Part shown: positions 58,430-64,000 of the stretch, one piece after another | Layout: each line of letters starts with the position of its first letter | Position numbering within the stretch: position 1 is the stretch's first letter | Source of the DNA: Macrostomum lignano | Lineage: Eukaryota | Assembly (NCBI GenBank): GCA_002269645.1 | Contig: NIVC01000896.1 | Span: forward strand, 186,001-250,000 | Length of the DNA: 64,000 bases | Reading direction: 5' to 3' | Program-made: the position numbers and the translations under genes | The notes under the pieces: model-generated | The model's database searches: none | The model's input: only the letters and a program-made list of their open reading frames with translations | Told to the model about the DNA's origin: nothing

Positions 58430-61400
58430 TCAAGCGTCCTCCTCGCCGTGGCCCTGAAGCCGCAGTCTGGCGAAGTCCTCGAAGATCAGATCGTCGTCCG
58501 GGTGCAGGTGCAGACTCCGGGCCCCATCGCTGCCAGCGTCCAAGTGAATCAGGTCGGTGTCCAGGATGTCAGAGTCGGCTGCGGCCGCGGCGGCGGCGGC
58601 AGGTTCTGGAGCGGCGGCCTTTGATGTCGAGCCAGCGGAGGCGGCGGCTGGGGCGTCGCCGGCCTCGGAGAGGTCCTCCTCACAGGGCTTCGGGTGTGTC
58701 AGCACGAAGGGCAGCTCCACGCACACGTCAGAGCTTCCGAAACCCAGCACTAGGCGGACCTGATTAAGGACAAATGAAGCACTTATTCTTCACCTGAGGA
58801 ATTTAATAATCACCTGAAGCATCCAATCATCCCCTGAAGCATCCAATCATCACCTGAAGCATCCTTAATTCTCACCTGAAGCATCGAATTCTCACCTGAA
58901 GCATCGAATGATAACCTGAAGCATCCAATCATCACCTAAAGCATCAAATCATCACCTGAAGCATTCAATCATCACCTGAAGCATTCAATCATCACCTGAA
59001 GCATCCAATCATCACCTGAAGCATCAAATCATCACCTGAAGCATTCAATCATCACCTGAAGCATTCAATCATCACCTGAAGCATCCAATCATCACATGAA
59101 GCATCCAATCATCACCCAAAGAATCCAATCATTACCTAAAGCATCCAATCATCACCTGAAGCATCCAATAATCACATGAAGCATCCAATAATCACATGAA
59201 GCATCCAATAATCACCCGAAGAATCCAATCATCACCTAAAGCATCCAATCATTACCTGAAGCATCCAATCATCATCTGAAGCATCCAATAATCACATGAA
59301 GCATCCAATAATCACATGAAGCATCCAATAATCACCCGAAGAATCCAATCATCACCTAAAGCATCCAATCATTACCTGAAGCATCCAATCATCATCTGAA
59401 GCATCCAATCATCACATGAAGCATCCAATCATCACCTGAAGCATCCAATCATCACCTGAAGCATCCAATCATCACCTGAAGCATCCAATCATCACATGAA
59501 GCATCCAATCATCACCTGAAGCATCCAATAATCACCTGAAGCATCCAATAATCACCCGAAGAATCCAATCATCACCTGAAGCATCCAATCATTACCTGAA
59601 GCATCCAATAATCACCTGAAGCATCCAATCATCACCAGAAGCATCGAATCATCACCTGAAGCATCCTTAATTCTCACCTGAAGCATCGAATTCTCACCTG
59701 AAGCATCGAATGATAACCTGAAGCATCCAATCATCACCTAAAGCATCAAATCATCACCTGAAGCATTCAATCATCACCTGAAGCATTCAATCATCACCTG
59801 AAGCATCCAATCATCACCTAAAGCATCAAATCATCACCTGAAGCATTCAATCATCACCTGAAGCATTCAATCATCACCTGAAGCATCCAATCATTACCTA
59901 AAGCATCCAATCATCACCTGAAGCATCCAATCATCACCTAAAGCATCCAATCATCACCTGAAGCATCCAATCATCACATGAAGCATCCAATCATCACCCA
60001 AAGAATCCAATCATTACCTAAAGCATCCAATCATCACCTGAAGCATCCAATAATCACATGAAGCATCCAATAATCACATGAAGCATCCAATAATCACCCG
60101 AAGAATCCAATCATCACCTAAAGCATCCAATCATTACCTGAAGCATCCAATCATCATCTGAAGCATCCAATAATCACATGAAGCATCCAATAATCACATG
60201 AAGCATCCAATAATCACCCGAAGAATCCAATCATCACCTAAAGCATCCAATCATTACCTGAAGCATCCAATCATCATCTGAAGCATCCAATCATCACATG
60301 AAGCATCCAATCATCACCTGAAGCATCCAATCATTACCTGAAACATCCAATCATCCCCTGAAGCATCCAATCATCACCTGAAGCATCCAATCATCACCTG
60401 AAGCATCCAATAATCACCTGAAGCATCCAATAATCACCCGAAGAATCCAATCATCACCTGAAGCATCCAATCATTACCTGAAGCATCCAATAATCACCTG
60501 AAGCATCCAATCATCACCAGAAGCATCGAATCATCACCTGAAGCATCCTTAATTCTCACCTGAAGCATCGAATTCTCACCTGAAGCATCGAATGATAACC
60601 TGAAGCATCCAATCATCACCTAAAGCATCAAATCATCACCTGAAGCATCCAATCATCACCTGAAGCATCCAATCATCACCTGAAGCATCCAATCATCACC
60701 TGAAACATCCAATCATCCCCTGAAGCATCCAATTCTCACCTGAAGCATGGAATTCTCACCTGAAGCATCGAATGATAACCTGAAGCATCCAATCATCACC
60801 TGAAGCATCAAATCATCACCTGAAGCATTCAATCATCACCTGAAGCATCCAATCATCACCTGAAGCATCCAATCCTCACCTGAAGCATCAAATGATAAAC
60901 TGCAGCGTCCAATTCTCACCTGAAGCATTTAATCATCACCTGAAGCATCCAATAATCACCTGAAGAATCCAATCATCACCTAAAGCATCCAATCATCACC
61001 TGAAGCATCCAATCATCACCTGGAGCATCCAATTCTCACCTGAAGCATCTAATAATCACATGAAGCATCCAATTCTCACCTGAAGCATCCAATCTCAAAA
61101 ATGGTACAATAGCATCGAAACCAACCTTGACTCTATAGTTGACCACAATGCCCAAATTCTCCTTAGACTGGCTGGCATCCTTCAGTATGGTACTGCTAGC
61201 CAAGTTGGTGTCCTCGTGTTTCAGCTGACCGTCCAAAGCCAGGCCACGCTTGTCCCGATTGTTAGCCAGCAGGGGGCACACGTGGTACACCTTGCACCAG
61301 CCAGTCTGCGAAGGCCCAATGGGGAAGCCTTCTTCAGATTCCAGTTCGGCCACTCCGCACTTGTAACTATTCGGACTGAATAGGCAAATATCGGCAATTT

Positions 61401-63425
61401 GACGAACTGAGATTCGAACTTTCTTCACAGTTTTGCTGGTGTTGTTGTCAACAAGGACGTTGATAGCGATCGATTCGCCGTGGTAATATTTCTCCTTGTC
61501 GAGACTGGCTTCCAGTCTGAGACAGCCAGCGCTCATGATGAACTCCTTTGTGGTCTGCGGGTTAGGGAAGGGGCACTTTATGAGCCTTCAGGATGTCTCC
61601 TACCCTCCATGTATCTTCTGGATCCTTTGATCTCACCGCTACCCTCCCTGAAACTTTGAGATCCTTTGATATCACCCCACACTCTCTAAAGTTTCAGGAT
61701 CCTTGGATATCGCCGCTACTCTCCCTGAAGCTTCATGAGCTTTTGATGTCGTTTCTACCTTTCCTGAAGCTTCAGGATCTTTTGATGTCGTCCCTACCTC
61801 CCCTGAAGCTTAATGATCTTTTGATGTCGTCCCTACCTTCCCTGAAGCTTAATGATCTTTTGATGTCGTTACTATCTCCCTGAAGCTTCAGGATCCTTTG
61901 ATGCTGCAATACCCTACTATGCCTGAAGCTTAATGATCTTTTGATGTCGTCCCTACCTCCCCTGAAGCTTCAGGATCTTTTTATGTCGTCCCTACCTTCC
62001 CTGAAGCTACAGGATATTTTGATGTCGTCCCTACCCTCCCTGAAGCTTCAGGATCCTTTGATGTCGTCCCTACACCAAAGAAGCTTCAGTATCCTTTGAT
62101 GCCGTTCTACCTTCCCTGAAGCTTCAGGATCCTTTAATGCCGTTCTACCTTCCCTGAAGCTTCAGGATCCTTTGATGTCGCAGCATCCCTAATCTCCCTG
62201 AAGCTCAGAATCCTTTGATGTCGTCTCTACCTTTCCTGAAGCTTAATGATCGTTTGATGTCGTTCCTAACTTCCCTGAAGCTTCAGGATCCTTTAATGTC
62301 GCAGTATTTCTAATCTCCCTGAAGCTCAGAATCGTTTGATGTCGTCTCTACCTTCCCTGAAGTTTCAGGATCCTTTGATGTCGTACTGCCCTACCATCCC
62401 TGAAGCTTCAGGATCCTTTGATGTCGTCCCTACCTTCTCTGAAGCTACAGGATCCTTTGATGTCGCAGTATCCCTAATCTCCCTGAAGCTCAGAATCCTT
62501 TGATGTCGCAGTATCCCTAATCTCCCTGAAGCTCAGAATCCTTTGATGTCGTCTCTACCTTTCCTGAAGCTTCAGGATCCTTTGATGTCAACAGTTACCC
62601 TCCATAAACCTTCAGGATCTTTTGATAACCGAAGTTAACATTGATGCCACTGCTACCACCACTGATGCATCCGTTAGTCTCCATGACACTTCATTATTGA
62701 ACCTTTCGCCACCCTCCGAATGGATGAAGCCCAAACAAGCGAATCACCTCAGCGCTGGGCTGCGGGCCCGGCTGCTCGGGTGCATAGGTGAGTTTCCTAA
62801 TAGCCAGCCTGACGGTGCTACGTTTATGCGACTTCCCGTCGGCAGTCTCAGCTACGTAGGTCTTGAGCTCGTAGTCAACTCCGCAAGGTTTGCCGCTGTC
62901 ATTGGGCCCCGGCTGCAGGGTGACAGAAGCTGGACTCTGCTGAGGAGGCAGCTCAAAGAAGAACGGATGCGCATTATCGCCCAGCTTCTTGATGAGGCGC
63001 TCCTGCAGTCGAGTCAACGGCTTAGCATTGTCCTTAATTGGTGGATAAACTTGCATGCAGGCGATGTACAAGTCCTTGCGAAATGTCAGACCAAGAACGT
63101 CCAGATCTTCGCGGCCGTAACGGAAGGCGGCTAGCACGTGGGCGTACACCTTGCGGTCCTTCATGTAGTCGGGGTCGACCAGGACCACGCCGTCAATGGG
63201 GTCCACGTGAGTCAGATGGTCCACAAAGTCTCTCTTGCCGAGGTAGGCGGTGATTTTGCCATTTGGAGAACTCTTTTTAAACACCCGCGTTCCCTGACGC
63301 TGGGACTGAGCCTGCTGAGTCTTGGCGCTGGGGTCTGTGCTGCTCTGGTTCACATCACCATTATTATTGGCTTGAGTCGGCTTGGAGCTTGAGTTGTTGT
63401 TAGCGGCTTTAGCTGTGTCAGCCAT
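58430..63425 (-). CDS. ARRB: Beta-arrestin (kurtz-like), 478 aa
   Basis: Exons 63425-62748, 61554-61126, 58759-58430, all phase 0. [50 protein letters not shown], clathrin-box-like LIHLD and AP2-binding [13 protein letters not shown]. Confidence 0.96.
58790..61095. repeat. 20-bp minisatellite (AATCATCACCTGAAGCATCC) filling arrestin intron 2
   Basis: About 115 copies covering ~97% of the 2366-nt intron, with ~800-880 bp higher-order blocks. Confidence 0.98.
61590..62615. repeat. ~39-bp minisatellite (CCCTGAAGCTTCAGGATCCTTTGATGTCGTCCCTACCTT), arrestin intron 1
   Basis: About 25 degenerate copies containing the palindrome CCTGAAGCTTCAGG. Confidence 0.92.
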
Positions 63426-64000
63426 TGATGTCTTGATATCAGGGTTAATCTAGGAAGTAATTAGTGTCTGTCAGTTGTGCAATACGGATGTAAATGTCAT
63501 GTTTTTCTCATTTGATGACAGCTGAAATGATTAATAAGATATGCGAAATTTTTGTTGCTACGGGACTTTACTTTACAGTGGATAGATCAAGGAAATTTCA
63601 GAATTAAGTTTTCAATAGCATTCAAGCAGCCAAAAACATTCCCCCCCCCCCTGCAAGTGTTTGTCGTGTAGCAATGACGCACTTGAATCCCGATCCCAAA
63701 CAGTTGGATACAAATCAAACTTGAACAAGAACTAAAACTTTTTGGTGCAATTTTTTTGCGAATTCAACTAAACAAAGTTATTATGAGTTCGGGAGGAGAG
63801 ACTTGTAGAAAAAGAGGAATGGAACTTTAAAACAAAGTAAATAAAAACAAAAGAATAGAGGCAAGTCAGAGGGGAGAGTGAGAGTCGGGGAGGCGAGTGA
63901 GAGTCAGAGAGAAGATTGAGAGCCAGAAAAAGGAGAGTGAGAGTCAGCGAGAGGAGAGTGAGTCAGAAAGGAGAGTGAGTTAAAGACGGGAGAAAGAGAG

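Overview
Eukaryotic (metazoan) genomic DNA with spliceosomal GT-AG introns. The gene style, Q/H/A-rich low-complexity linkers and minisatellite-stuffed introns suggest a free-living flatworm such as Macrostomum lignano; this is an inference, not confirmed. I could assemble nine spliced genes by hand: a RADIL/RASIP1-like RA-FHA-DIL protein (runs off the left edge), a divergent beta-tubulin, an ankyrin-repeat/STE-like kinase with two frameshifts, NDUFAF4, an ependymin-related protein, a 9-exon glycine-receptor-like Cys-loop anion channel, a WCQPC thioredoxin, a stargazin/TARP (CACNG) gene ending in TTPV after one apparent frameshift, and a beta-arrestin. All except the kinase are on the minus strand. 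Mobile DNA includes a nested cluster (an older TIR element holding a 198-bp-TIR mariner with an in-frame internal deletion and a PHD-finger Mutator element), a hAT-type MITE, two tRNA-derived SINE families (two copies each) and a LINE 3' fragment. About 20 different tandem arrays occupy roughly a quarter of the window. The most striking unexplained pattern is that many introns are largely filled by an intron-specific minisatellite that starts close to a splice site, and several units carry AG|GT splice-site-like motifs in the sense orientation (about 115 copies of TTCAG|GTGAT in one arrestin intron). All coordinates and alignments were derived by eye, with no database searches.
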